From the human T2T-CHM13v2.0 reference genome, Homo sapiens, in the NCBI RefSeq assembly GCF_009914755.1, contig NC_060946.1: a DNA stretch of 64,000 bases. One strand, written 5' to 3'. The notes below the pieces were generated by a model that saw nothing but the letters and a program-made list of their open reading frames with translations, was not told the origin of the DNA and ran no database searches. The position numbers and the translations under genes are program-made. Position 1 is the stretch's first letter. Each line of letters begins with the position of its first letter. Shown here one piece after another: positions 1 through 16,379 of this stretch.

Positions 1-3000
1 CTGGAGTCCCTTGTGAGGGACAAACAAACACAACTGAGCAGCAGTGTTCTGGATTCCTTTGAGAGGCAAAAATATTCAGACCCTCGTAGCAGTGTTCTGG
101 AATCCTATGTGAGGGACAAACACTCAGAACCCACCAGCAGTATTCTGGAATCCTATGTGGGGGACAAACACAACCCAGCCACAGTGTTCTGGAATCCTCT
201 GTGAGCGACAAACATTCAGAAATTCGTAGCAGTGTTCTGAAATCCTATATGAGGGACAAACACTCAGAACCCAGCCACTGTGTTCTGGAATCCTATGTGA
301 GGGACAATCATTCAGACCCTCGTAGCTGTGTTCTGTAATCTTATCTGAGGGACAAACATTCAGACCTTAGTATCAGTGTTCTGGAATCCTATGTGAGGGA
401 CAAACGCTCAGAACCCAGCAGCACTGTTCTGGAATCCTATGTGAGGGACAAACACTCAGAACCCAGCAGCAGTACTCTGGAATAATTTGTGAGGGACAAA
501 CATTCAGACAATCATAACAGTGTTCTGGAATCCTATGTGAGGGACAAACACTCAGAACGCAGCAGCAGTGTTCTGGAATCCTATGTGAGGGACAAACACT
601 CAGAACGCAGCAGCAGTGTTCTGGAATCCTATGTGAGGAACAAACACTTAGAACCCAGCAGCACTGTTCTGGAATCCTATGTGAGGGACAAACACTCGGA
701 AAGCCGCAGCAGTGTTCTGGAATCCTATGTGAGGGTCAAACACTCAGAAACCTGCAGCAGTGCTCTGGATTCCTTTGTGAGGGACAAACAAACAGAACCC
801 AGCAGCAGAGTTCTGGAATCCTATGTAAGGGACACTCAGAACCCAGCAGCAGCATTCTGGAAACCTTTGTGAGGGACAAACATTCAGATCCTCATAGCAG
901 TGTTCTGGAATCCTATGTGAGAGACAAACACTAAGAAAGCTGCAGCAGTGTTCTAGAATCCTATGTGAGGGACAAACACTCAGAGCCCAGCAGCAGTGTT
1001 CTGCAATCCTTTGTGAGGGTCAAACACTCAGACGCTCAGAACAGTGCTCTGTAATCCTATGTGAGGGATAAACACTCCGAACCCTGCAGCAGTGCTCTGA
1101 ATTCGTATGTGAGGGACAAGCATTCAGCTCCTCATAGCCCTGTTCTGGAATTCTCTGTGAGGGTCAAACATTCAGAACCTCGTAGCAATGTTCTGAAATA
1201 CTATGTGAGGTACAAAGCCTCAGAACTCAGCAGTAGTGTTCTGGAATCCTACGTGAGTGACAAACACTCAGAAACCAGCAGCAGTGTTCTAGAATCCTTT
1301 GTGAGGGACAAACATTTAGACTCTCGAAGCAGTGTTCTGTTATCCTATGTGAGGGACACTCAGATCCAGTAGCATTGTTCTGGAATCTTTTATGATGGAC
1401 AAACATTAAGGTCCTCGTAGCAGTTTTCTGGAATCCTATGTGAGGGGCAAACACTCAGAACCCAGCAGCAGTGTTCTGGAATCCAGTGTGTGGTACAAAC
1501 ACTCAGAACCGAGCCAGTGTGTACTGGAATCCTATCTCAGGGCCAAACATTCAGACCTTCGCAGAAGTGATCTGGAATCCTATGTGCGCAACAAACACTA
1601 AGTAACCAGCAGCAGTGCTCTGGAATCCTTTGTGAGGGACAAACAGAAACCAGCAGCAGTGTTCTGGAAGCCTTTGTGAGTGAAGAACATTCAGACCCTC
1701 GTAGCAGTGTTCTGGAATCCTACGTGCGGGACAATCACTCAGAAGCCAGCAGCACTGTTCTGGAATCCTATGTGAATGACAAATATTCAGAACCCAGAAT
1801 CAGTGTTCTGGATTCCTAAGTGAAGGACAAACTCTCAGAACCCAGCAGCAGTTGTCTGCAATCTTTCATGAGAGACAAATATTGAGTCTCAAACCAGTGT
1901 TCTGGAATCCTATGTAAGGGACAAGCATTCAGAGCCTCGTAGCAGTGCTCTGGAATCCTATATGAGGTACAAACACGAAGAACCCAGCAGCACTGTTCTG
2001 GAACCCTATGTGAGGGACAAACACTCAGAACCCAGCAACAGTGATCTGGAATCCTATGTGAGGGACAAACACTCAGAACCCAGCCACAGTGTTCTGGAAT
2101 CCTATGTGATAGACGAACACTCAGAACCCAGCATCAGTGTTCTGGAATCCTTTGTAAGGGACAAGCAATCAGGACACAGCAGCTCTGTTCTGGAATCCTA
2201 TGTGAGCGACAAACCTTCAGAACTTCTTAGCAGTGTTCTGGAATTGTATGTGAGGGACAAACACTCAGAAGCCAGCAGCAGTGTTCTGGAATGCTAAGTG
2301 AGGGACAAACACTCAGAACCCAGCATCAGTGTTTTGGCATCCTATGTGAGGGACAAACATACAGAACCCGGAAGCAGTGTTCTATAATCCTTTGTGAGGG
2401 ACAAATATTCAGAACCTCGTAGCAGTGATCTGGAATCCTATGTGAGGGACAAACACTCAGAATCCAGCCACAGTGTACTGGAATCCTATCTGAGGGCAAA
2501 CATTCAGAACCTCGGAGAAGTGTTCTGGAATCCTATATGAGGGGCAAACACTAAGAAACATGCAGCAGTGCTCTGGAATCCTTTGTGAGAGGCAAACAAA
2601 CAGAACCCAGTAGCAGTGTTCTAAGATCCTTTGTAAGGGAAAACATTCAGACCCTCGTAGCAGTGTTCTGGAATCCTATGTGAGGTAAAACATTCAGACC
2701 CTCATAGCAGTGTTCTGGAATCCTATATGAGGGACAAACACTCAGAACCCAGCAGCAGTGTTCTGGAATCTTTTGGGAGGGAAAAACATTCACACCCTCG
2801 TAACAGTGTTTTGGAATCCTATGTGAGTGAAAAATATTCAGACCCTCGTAGCATTGTTCTGGAATCCAATATGAGGGACAAACACTCAGAATCCAGTAAC
2901 AGTGTTCTGGAACCCTCCGTGAGGGATAAACATTCAGACCCTCATAGCAGTGTTCTGGAATCCTATGTGAGGGACAAACACTCAGAACCCAGCAGCAGTG

Positions 3001-6000
3001 TTCTAGAATCCTTTGTGAGGGACAAACATTCAGACCCTCTTAGCAGTGTTCTGGAATCCTATGTGAGGGACAAACATACAGACCAGAGCAGGAGAGTTCT
3101 GGAATCCTACGTGATCATCAAAATTTCAGACGCTAGCAGCAGTGTTCTTTGATCCTCTCTGAGGGAAAAACATTCACAACCTCGTATCAGTGTTCTGCAA
3201 TCCTAGGTGAGGGACAGACATTCAGAACCCAGCATTAGTGTTCTGGAATCCTATGTGAGGAACTCACATTCAGACCCTTGTACCAGTGTTCTGGAATCCT
3301 CTGTGGGGGACAACAATTCAGAGGCTTGTAGCAGTGTTCTGGAATCCTTTGTGAAGGACACATGTTCAGACGACAGCAGGAGTGTTCTTGAGTCCTATGT
3401 GGGGGACAAACACGCAGAACACAGCAGCAGTGTCCTGGAATCATATGTGAGGGACAAACATTCAGACCGGAGCAGGACTATTCTGGAATTCTATCTGAGG
3501 GACACACATTGAGACACTCGTAGCAGTGTTCTGGAATTCTATGTGAGTGACAAACACACACAACCCAGCAGCAGTGTTCTGGAATCCTATCTGAGGGACA
3601 AACATTCAGACCCTCGTAGCAGTGTTCTGCAATCCTATGTGAGGGACAAACACTCAGAACCCAGCGGCAGTGTACTGGAATCCTATGTGAGGAACAAATA
3701 CCCAGAACCCAGCAGCAGTGCTCGGGAATTCTAGGTGAAGGACAAACCCTCAGAAACCAGCAGCAGTGTTCTGGATTCAATTGTGAGGGACAAACATTCA
3801 GACACTCATACCACTGTTTGTAATGCTATATGAGGAATAAATATTCAGACCCCCGTAGCAGTGTTCTGAAATCGTATGTAAGGGACAAACACTCAGAAAA
3901 CAGCAGCAGTGTTCTGTAATCCTATGAGAGGGACAAGCACTCAGAATCCAGCAGCACTGTTCGGGAATTCTATGTGAGGGACAAACCCAGAGAACGCAGC
4001 AGCAGTGTTCTGGAATCCTTTGTGAGGGACAAACATTCAGACACTCAGAGCAGTGTTCTGGAATCCTATGTGAGGGACAAACACTCAGAACCCTGCAGCA
4101 GTGTTCTGGAATCCTATCTGAGGGACAAGCATTCAGACCCTCATAACACTGTTCTGGAATGCTCTGTGAGTGACAAACATTCAGATCCTCGAAGCAGTGT
4201 TCTGGAATCCTATGTGAGGTACAAACCCTCAGAACTCAGCAGCAGTGTTCTGGAATTCTATGAGAGGGAAAAACCCTCAGAGCCTAGCAGCAGTGTTCTG
4301 GAATGGTACGTGAGGGACTAACACTCAGAACCCAGCAGCAGTGTTCTGGAATGCTACGTGAGAGACAAACACACAAAACCCAGCAGCAGTGTTCTGGTAT
4401 CCTATATGAGGGACACACACTCAGAACCCAGCAGAAGTGTTCTGGAATCCTAAGTGATGGACAAATACTCACAAAACAGCAGCAGTGTTCTGGAATCCTA
4501 TGTGAGGTACAAACATGCAGACCCTTGGAGCAGTGTTCTGGAATGCTATGTGAAGGACAAACAGTCAGAACCCAATAGCAGTGTTCTGGAATCCAATGTG
4601 AGGGAAAAGAATTCAGACACTGCAGCAGTGATACAGAATGCTTTCTGAGGGACAAACATACAGACCCTCGTAGCAGTCTTCTGGAATCCTATGTGAGGGA
4701 CAAACACTCAGAAGCCAGCAGCAGAGTTCTGGAATCCTTTGTGTGGGAGAAACACTCAGAACTCAAAAGCAGTGTTCTGGAATCCCTTTGAGGGACAAAC
4801 ATTCAGACCATCGTAGGAGTGTTCCGGAATAGTATGTGAGGGACAAACATTCAGAACCCAGCAGCAGTGTTCTGGAATCCTTGGTGAGGAACAAACTTTC
4901 AGAACCTCTGAGCAGTGTTCGGGAATCCTACGTTTGGGACAAACACTCAGAACCCAGCAGCTGTGTTCTGCAATCCTATGTGAGGGACAAACACTCAGAA
5001 CCCACAAGCGGTGCTCTGGAATCTTTGTGAGGGACAAACATTCAGACCCTTGTAGCCATGTTCCGGAATCCCATGTGATGGGGAAACCCTCAGAACCCAG
5101 CAGCGGAGTTCTAGAATTCTACATGAGGGACAATCCCTCAGAACCTAGCATCAGTATTCTGCAATGCTATGTGAGGGAAAAACCCTCAGAACCCAGCAGC
5201 AGTGTTCTGGAACTCAATGACAGGGACAATCCCTCAGATCCCAGCAGAAGTTTTCTGGAATCTTAAGTGAGGGACAAACACTCAGAACCCAGCAGCAGTG
5301 TTCTGGAATCCAATGTGAAGGACAAACACTCAGAACCCAGCAGCAGTGTTCTGGAATATTATGTGAGGGACAAACACTCAGAACCCAGTAGCATTTTTCT
5401 GCAATTCTTTGTGAGAGACAAACTTTCATACCCTTGTATCAGTGTTCTAGAATCCTATGTGTGAGATAAACACTCAGAACCCAGCAGCAGTGGTCTGGAA
5501 TCCTCTGTGAAGAACAAACACTCAGAACCCAGCAGCAGTGGTCTGGAATCTTCTGTGAAGAACAAACACTCAGAACCCAGCAGCAGTGATCTGGAATCCT
5601 ATGTGAGGGACAGACATTCAGAACCCAGCAGCAGTGTTCTGGAATCCAATGTGAGGGGCAAACACTCAGAACCCAGAAGCAGTGTTTAGGAATCATATGT
5701 GAGGGAAAAACATTCAGAACCCTGCAGCAGTGATCTGGAATCCTGTGTGAGAGACAAGCATTCAGACCCTGGTAGCACCGGTCTGGAATGCTCTGTGAGG
5801 GACAAACATTCAGACCCTCGTAGCAGTGTTCTGGAATCCTATGTGAGGAATAAACCCTCGGAACTCAGCAGCAGTGTTCTGGAATTCTATGTGACAGACA
5901 AACCGTCAGAACCAAGCAGCAGCATTCTGGAATTCTATGTGAGGGACAATCACTCAGAAACCAGCAGCAGCGTTCTGGAATTCTATGTGAGGGACAATCA

Positions 6001-9000
6001 CTCAGAAACCAGCAGCAGTGTTCTGGTATTCGATATGAGGGACACACACTCAGAACCCAGCAGAAGTGTTCTGGAATCCTATGTGAGAGAAATACACTCA
6101 CAAACCAGCAGCAGTGTTCTGGATTCCTATGTGAGGGACAAACATTCAGACCCTCGGAGCAGAGTTCTGGAATCCTTTGTGAAGGACAAACACTCAGAAC
6201 CCAGTAGCAGTGTTCTGGAATGCTATGTGTGTGACAAGCATTCGGGTACTCATTGCAGTGATACAGAATCCTTTGTGAGGGACAAACATTCAGACCCTCG
6301 TAGCTGTGTTCTGGAATCCTATGTGAGGGACAAACATTCAAACCCTCGGAACAGAGTTCTGGAATCTTTTGTGAAGGGCAAACACTCAGAACCCAGTAGC
6401 AGTGTTCTGGAATACTATGTGTGTGACAAGCATTCAGGTACTCGTTGCAGTGATAAGGAATCCTTTATGAGGGACAAACATTCAGACCCTCATAGCGGTG
6501 TTCTGGAATCCTATGTGAGGGACATTCAGACCCTCGTAGAAGTGTTCTGGAAACCATTGTGAAGGCGAAACACTCAGAACCCAGCAGCAGTCTTCTGGAA
6601 TAGTTGGTAAAGGACAAACATTCAGACAATCATAGCAGTGTTCTGGAATCCTAAGTGAAGGAGAAACGCTCAGAAACCAGCTGTGGTGTTCTAGAATTCT
6701 ATGTGAGGGAGAAACACTCAGAACAAAGCAGCAGTGTTCTGGAATCCTATGTGAAGGACAAACACTCAGAACCCAGCAGCAGTGTTCTGATACCCTATGT
6801 CAGGGACAAACACTCAGAACCCAGCCACTGTGTTCTGGAATCCTATCTGAAGGAAAACACTCAGAAACTCTTAGAAGTTTTCTGGAATCCTATGTAAGGG
6901 ACAAACACTCTGAACCCAATAGCAGTGTTCTGGTATCCTATATGAGGGACAAACACTCAGCACCCAGCAGAAGTGTTCTGGAATCCCATATGAGGGACAA
7001 ACAATCACAAACCAGCAGCAAATGTTCAGGAATCCTATGTGAGGGACAAACATTCAGAGCCTCGGAGCAGTGTTCTGGAATCCTATGTGAAGGACCAACA
7101 GTCAGAACCCAGTAGCAGTGTTCTGGAATCCTATGTGAAGGACAAGCATTCAGACACTCTTAGCATTGATACAGAATGCTTTCTGAGGGAAAAACATGCA
7201 GACCCTCATAGCAGTGTTCTGAAATCCTATGTGAGGGACAAACACTCAGAAGCCAGCAGCTGTGTTCTGGAATCCTTTGTGTCAGACAAACACTCAGAAC
7301 TCAAAAGCAGTGTTCTGGAATCCCTTTGAGGGACAAACATTCAGACTCTCATAGCAGTGTTCCGGAATAGTATGTGAGGGACAAACATTCAGAACCCAGC
7401 AGCAGTGTTCTGGAATCCTTGGTGAGGAACAAACTTTGAAACCCTCCAAGCAGTGTCCTGGAATCCTACGTTTGGGACAAACCCTCAGAACCTAGCAGCT
7501 GTGTTCTGCAATCCTATGTGAGGGACAAACACTCAGAACCCACAAGCGGTGCTCTGGAATCTTTGTGAGGGACAAGCATTCCTACATTTTAGCAGTGTTC
7601 CGGAATCTCATGTGATAGAGAAACGCTCAGAACCCAGCAGCAGAGTTCTAGAATTCTACGTGAAGGACAAACCTTCAGAACCCAGCAGCAGTGTTCTCAT
7701 ACTCAATGACAGGGACAATCCCTCAGATCCCAGCAGCAGTTTTCCGGAATCCTATGTGAGGGACAACACTCAGAACCCAACAGCAGTGTTCTGGAATCCA
7801 ATGTGAGGGACAAACACTCAGAAACCAGCAGCAGTGTTCTGGAATCCTATGTGAGGGACAAACACTCAGAACCCAGCAGCACTTTTCTGCAATCCTTTGT
7901 GAGAGACAAACTTTCATAGCCTTGTAGCTGTTTTCTGGAATCCTATATGTGGAACCAACACTCAGAACCTAGGAGCAGTGGTCTGGAATCCTCTGTGAGG
8001 GACAAACACTCAGACCCTTGAAGCAGTGTTCTGGAATCCTGTGTGAAGGACAAGCATTCAGATCCAGCAGCAGTGCTCTGGAATCCTTTGTTATGGACAA
8101 ACCTTCACAAGCTCATAGCAGTTTTCTGGAATCCTGTGTGAGGGACAAACACTCAGAAACCAGCAGCAGTGCTCTGGAATCCTTTGTTATGGACAAGCCT
8201 TCACAAGCTCATAGCAGTTTCCTGGAATCCTGTGTGAGGGACAAACACTCAGAAACCAGCAGCAGTGTTCTAGCATCCTTTGTGAGGGACAAACACTCAG
8301 AACCTCGAAGCAGTGTTCTGGAATCCTATGTGAGTGACAAACACTCAGAACCCAGAAGCAGTGTTCTGGAATCCTATGTGAGGGACCAACACTCAGAACC
8401 CAGCCACTGTGTACTGGAATCTTATCTGAGGGACAAATATTCAGACCATCGCAGAAGTGTTCTGGAATCCTGTGTGGAACAAACACTAAGAAACCAGCAG
8501 CAGTGCTCTGGAATCCTTTGTGAGGGACAAACAAACAGAACCCAGCAGCAGTGTTCTGGGATCCTTTGTGAGGGAAAAACATTCAGACCCTCATAGCAGT
8601 GTTCTGGAATCCTATATGAGGGACAAACACTCAGAACCCAGCAGCAGAGTTCTGCAATCCTTTGTGAGAGAAAAACATTGAGACCCTCTTAGCAGTGTTC
8701 TTGAATCCTACATGAGGGAAAAACATTCAGACCCTCGTAACATTGTTCTGGAATCCAATATAAGGGACAAACACTCAGAACCCAGCAGCAGTGTTCTGGA
8801 ATCCTATGTGAGCCACAAACATTCAGAACTTCGTAGCAGAGTTCTGGAATCGTATGTGAGGGACAAACACTCAGAACCCAGCAGCAGTGTTCTGGAATCC
8901 TATGTGAGGGACAAACACTCAGAACCCAGCAGCAGTGTTCTGGAATCCTTTGTGAGGGACAAACATTCAGAAACTCGTAGCAGTGTTCTGGAATCGTATG

Positions 9001-9126
9001 TGAGGGATAACACTCTGAACCCAGCAGGACTGTTTTCGAATCCCATGTGAGGGACAATCACTCAGAACCCTGCAGCAGTGTTCTGGAATCCTATGTTAGT
9101 GACAAACTCTCAGAACTCAGAAGCAG
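1..9126. repeat. CER satellite array (48-bp unit, D22Z3-type), diverged; continues beyond left edge
   Basis: Continuous tandem unit GGGACAAACACTCAGAACCCAGCAGCAGTGTTCTGGAATCCTATGTGA (48 bp). ORF track shows matching 16-aa periodicity (VRDKHSEPSSSVLESY). Two unit variants recur (CACTCAGAACCCAGCAGC / CATTCAGACCCTCGTAGC). Confidence 0.92.
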
Positions 9127-9145
9127 AGGGAAAAGAAACTACCAA

Positions 9146-10174
9146 GGGTAGCCAAGATGACCGAATAGGAACAGCTCCTGTCTACAGCTCCCAGGGTCAG
9201 CAACGCAGAAGATGGGTGATTTCTGCATTTCCATCTCAGGTACCGGGTTCATCTCACTAGGGAGTGCCAGACAGTGGATGCAGGACAGTGGGTGCAGCAC
9301 ACAGTTCATGAGCTGAAACAGGGCGAGGCATTGCTTCACTTGGCAAGTGCAAGGGGTCAGGGAGTTCCCTTTCCTAGTCAAAGAAAGGGGTGACAGACGG
9401 CACCTGGAAAATCACATCACTCCCACCCTAATACTGCACTTTTCCGATGGTCTTAACAAACGGTGCACCAGGAGATTATATCCCACACCAGGCTCAGAGC
9501 GTGCTACGCCCACGGAGTCTCACTGATTGCTAGCACAGCAGTCTGAGATCAAACTGCAAGGCGGCAGTGAGGCTTGGAGAAGGTCGCTTGCCATTGCCCA
9601 GGCTTGCATAGGTAAACAAAGCAGTCAGGAACTAGAACTGGGTGGAGCCCACCACAGCTCAAGGAGGCCTGCCTGCCTCTTTAGACTCCACCTCTGGGGG
9701 CAGGGCACAGACAAACAAAAAGACAGCAATAACCTCTGCAGATTAAATGTCCCTGTCTGACAGTTTTGAAAAGAGCAGTGGTTCTCCCAGCACACAGCTG
9801 GAGATCTGAGAACGAGCAGACTGCCTCCTCAAGTGGGTCCCAGACCCCTGACCCCAAGCAGCCTAACTGGGAGGCACCCCCCAGTATGGGCAGACTGACA
9901 CCTCACACAGCCGGGTACTCCTCTGAGACAAAACTTCCAGAGGAATGATCAGACAGCAGCATTCGCGGTTCATGAAAATCTGCTGTTCTGCAGCCACCGC
10001 TGCTGATACCCAGGCAAACAGGGACTGCAGTGGACTTCTAGGAAACTCCAACAGACCTGCAGCTGAGGGTCCTGTCTGTTAGAAGGAAAACTTACAAACA
10101 GAAAGGACATCCACACCAAAAACCCATCTGTACATCACCATCATCAAAGACCAAAAGTAGATACAACCACAAAG
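9146..10174 (+). promoter_or_regulatory. L1 5'UTR (internal sense and antisense promoter region), CpG-decayed, YY1 motif altered, 129-bp ZNF93-target segment retained
   Basis: YY1 core AAGATGGCC reads AAGATGACC (change at 9160). Extra segment lies between ACTCC at 9917-9921 and ACTCC at 10045-10049 and is absent from L1PA2/L1HS. Many CG>TG/CA changes. Confidence 0.8.
9520..9594 (-). pseudogene. L1 ORF0 remnant, truncated by a premature stop
   Basis: Antisense ATG (CAT at 9592-9594) translates MASDLLQASLPPCSLISDCCASNQ*, matching the ORF0 N-terminus. Codon 25 is TGA (9520-9522) in place of CGA. Confidence 0.75.
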
Positions 10175-11191
10175 ATGGGGAAAAAACAGAGCAGAAAAAC
10201 TGGAAATTCTAAAAAGCAGAGCACCTCTCCTCCTCCAAAGGATCACAGTTCCTCAGCAGCAATGGAAAAAAGCTGGGTGGAGAATGACTTTGACGAGTTG
10301 AGAGAGGAAGGCTTCAGACGATCAAACTGCTCCAAGCTACAGGAGGAAATTCAAACCAAAGGCAAAGAAGTTAAAAACTTTGAAAAAAATTTAGACGAAT
10401 GTATATCTAGAATAACCAATACAGAGAAGTGCTTAAAGGAGCTGATGGAGCTGAAAGCCATGGCTCGAGAACTACTTGAAGAATGTGGAAGCCTCAGGAA
10501 CCGATGCAATCAACTGGAAGAAAGGGTATAAGTGATGGAAGAAGAAATGAATGAAATGAAGTGAGAAGGGAAGTTTAGAGAAAAAAAGAATAAAAAGAAA
10601 CAAACAAACCTCCAAGAAATATGAGACTATGTGAAAAGACCAAATCTCCGTGTGATGGGTGTACCTGAAAGTGACGGGGAGAATGGAAACAAGTTGGAAA
10701 ACACTCTGCAGGATATTATCCAGGAGAACTTCCCCAATCTAGCAAGGCAGGCCAACATTCAGATTCAGGAAATACAGAGAACAACACAAAGATACTCCTC
10801 GAGAAGAGTGATTCCAAGACACGTAATTGTCAGATTCACCATAGTTGAAAGGAAGGAAAAAATGTTAAGGGCAGCCAGAGAGAAAGGTCGGGTTACCCAC
10901 AAAGGGAAGCCCATCAGACCAACAGCAGATCTCTTGGCAGAAACTCTAGAAGCCAGAATAGAGTGGGGGCCAATATTCAACATTCTTAAAGAAAAGAATT
11001 TTCAACCCAGAATTTCATATCCAGCCAAACTAAGCTTCATAAGTGAAGGAGAAATAAAATACTTTACAGACAAGCAAATGCTGAGAGATTTTGTCACCAC
11101 CAGGCCTGCCCTAAAAGAGCTCCTGAAGGAAGCACTAAAGATGGAAAGGAACAACCAGTACCAGCCACTGCAAAATCATGCCAAAATGTAA
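10175..11191 (+). pseudogene. L1 ORF1p, disrupted
   Basis: MGKKQSRKTGNSKKQS...NHAKM*; nonsense at 10529-10531 and further lesions before 10631. Confidence 0.93.
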
Positions 11192-11254
11192 AGAACATCG
11201 AGACTACGAAGAAACTGCATCAACTAACTAGCAAAATAATCAGCTAGTATCATA

Positions 11255-15068
<3,814 letters not shown>

Positions 15069-15299
15069 ACAATGAGAACACATGGAGACAGGAAGGGGAA
15101 CATCACACTTCGGGGACTGTTGTGGGGTTGGGGGAGGGGGAGGGATAACATTAGGACATATTCCTAATGCTAAATGACGAGTTAATGGGTGCAGCACACC
15201 AACATGGCACATGAATACTTATGTTACAAACCTGCACATTGTGCTCATGTATCCTAAAACTTAAAGTATAATAATAAAATAAAATAAAATAAAAAAGCA

Positions 15300-16260
15300 A
15301 AATATACACTAATACAGATTAACCAACTAAAAAAAAAGTAGAGAAAGCTCATTTAAAAAATATAAAACATACAGTAATAATCTAACACGTTGAAATCTAA
15401 GAAGAAGAAAACAGCTGGTCTGAACAGCATTTTAAGTGGCAATGTTAGAGGTTTTATCAAAATTGACCAATAATATTAAATCACAGGTTCAGGAGGCTTT
15501 GCAAACCAAACGAAAACACACACAGAGGACACACCTAGAAACATAATGGGACAATTTCTGAAAAGTAAAATAAAAATGTAAAGAGCACTTGATAAAAAAA
15601 TTGGGCTAACTATAAAGAGAAAGAGTTGACTGATAACAACCTTGTCAAATGAAACAATGAAAGCCAACAAGTGAGGTATTGATACCTTTCAAGTCCTGAA
15701 ATAAAATAAGTGCCGTCCTAGAAGTGTCTACTTGGTGGACATATCCATCAAAAGCAAAGATACAATAAAGAATTTATCCCAAGCAGACCCACAGGAAAGG
15801 AAATAGTAAAGATTATTCTTCAGGTAGAAGAGCCATGATCCCTGATGAAAGTTTGCAGTTAGAAGAACGCTTTTTTTTTAATGAAAGAAATAAACATAGA
15901 GAGAAATTTAATTGGATATCGACGGTATAACAGAATGCTATCTCATAAAGTTTAAAATGTATCTTCCATACAACAGCAGAAGCATGTAAGTTGTGAGTTG
16001 GATAATTTAATTTTAAAATATTGTCAAGTTTTTTTGCAAATAGACAAACGTACCAATTATATTAGACCCTGAATTCAAGAATGCACTTTGTAATAAACCA
16101 GTTAAAACACAATCAGACCAGATTTTTAAATAGACTCTCTTAAAGTTTTTATAATTTATATTTATATTTCACATATGTTGAAACTAAATAATGGAAAAGC
16201 ATGCAATGCAAATATTAACCAAAATATAGCTTTAGTTGTACTTCTATTCACATTTTAAAA
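15300..16260 (+). mobile_element. Ancient L1M fragment (ORF1 C-terminal half to start of ORF2)
   Basis: Degenerate matches to ORF1 'QIQEAQRTP...TPRHII' (~15480-15560) and ORF2 '[13 protein letters not shown]' (~16208-16250); A-rich + strand. Confidence 0.6.
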
Positions 16261-16379
16261 GTTGGACACAGTTAAGTCTCAGTGATTTTTTTACACAACG
16301 GAGGCAAGCTGTGCAGTTATAACTAGTATTATATTATGCTCTTGGCCTGATTACAGAAGGGAAAGGGGCAATCATACCA

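Noticed and set aside
13-9057. Many ORFs up to 287 aa with VRDKHSEPSSSVLESY or Cys-rich antisense repeats
   Set aside because: The 48-bp unit is a multiple of 3 with stop-free frames. Frameshifts and stops occur at random, most starts are GTG, and there is no gene structure.
1-9126. CRISPR-like appearance of the 48-bp repeats
   Set aside because: No unique spacers and no cas genes; primate satellite context.
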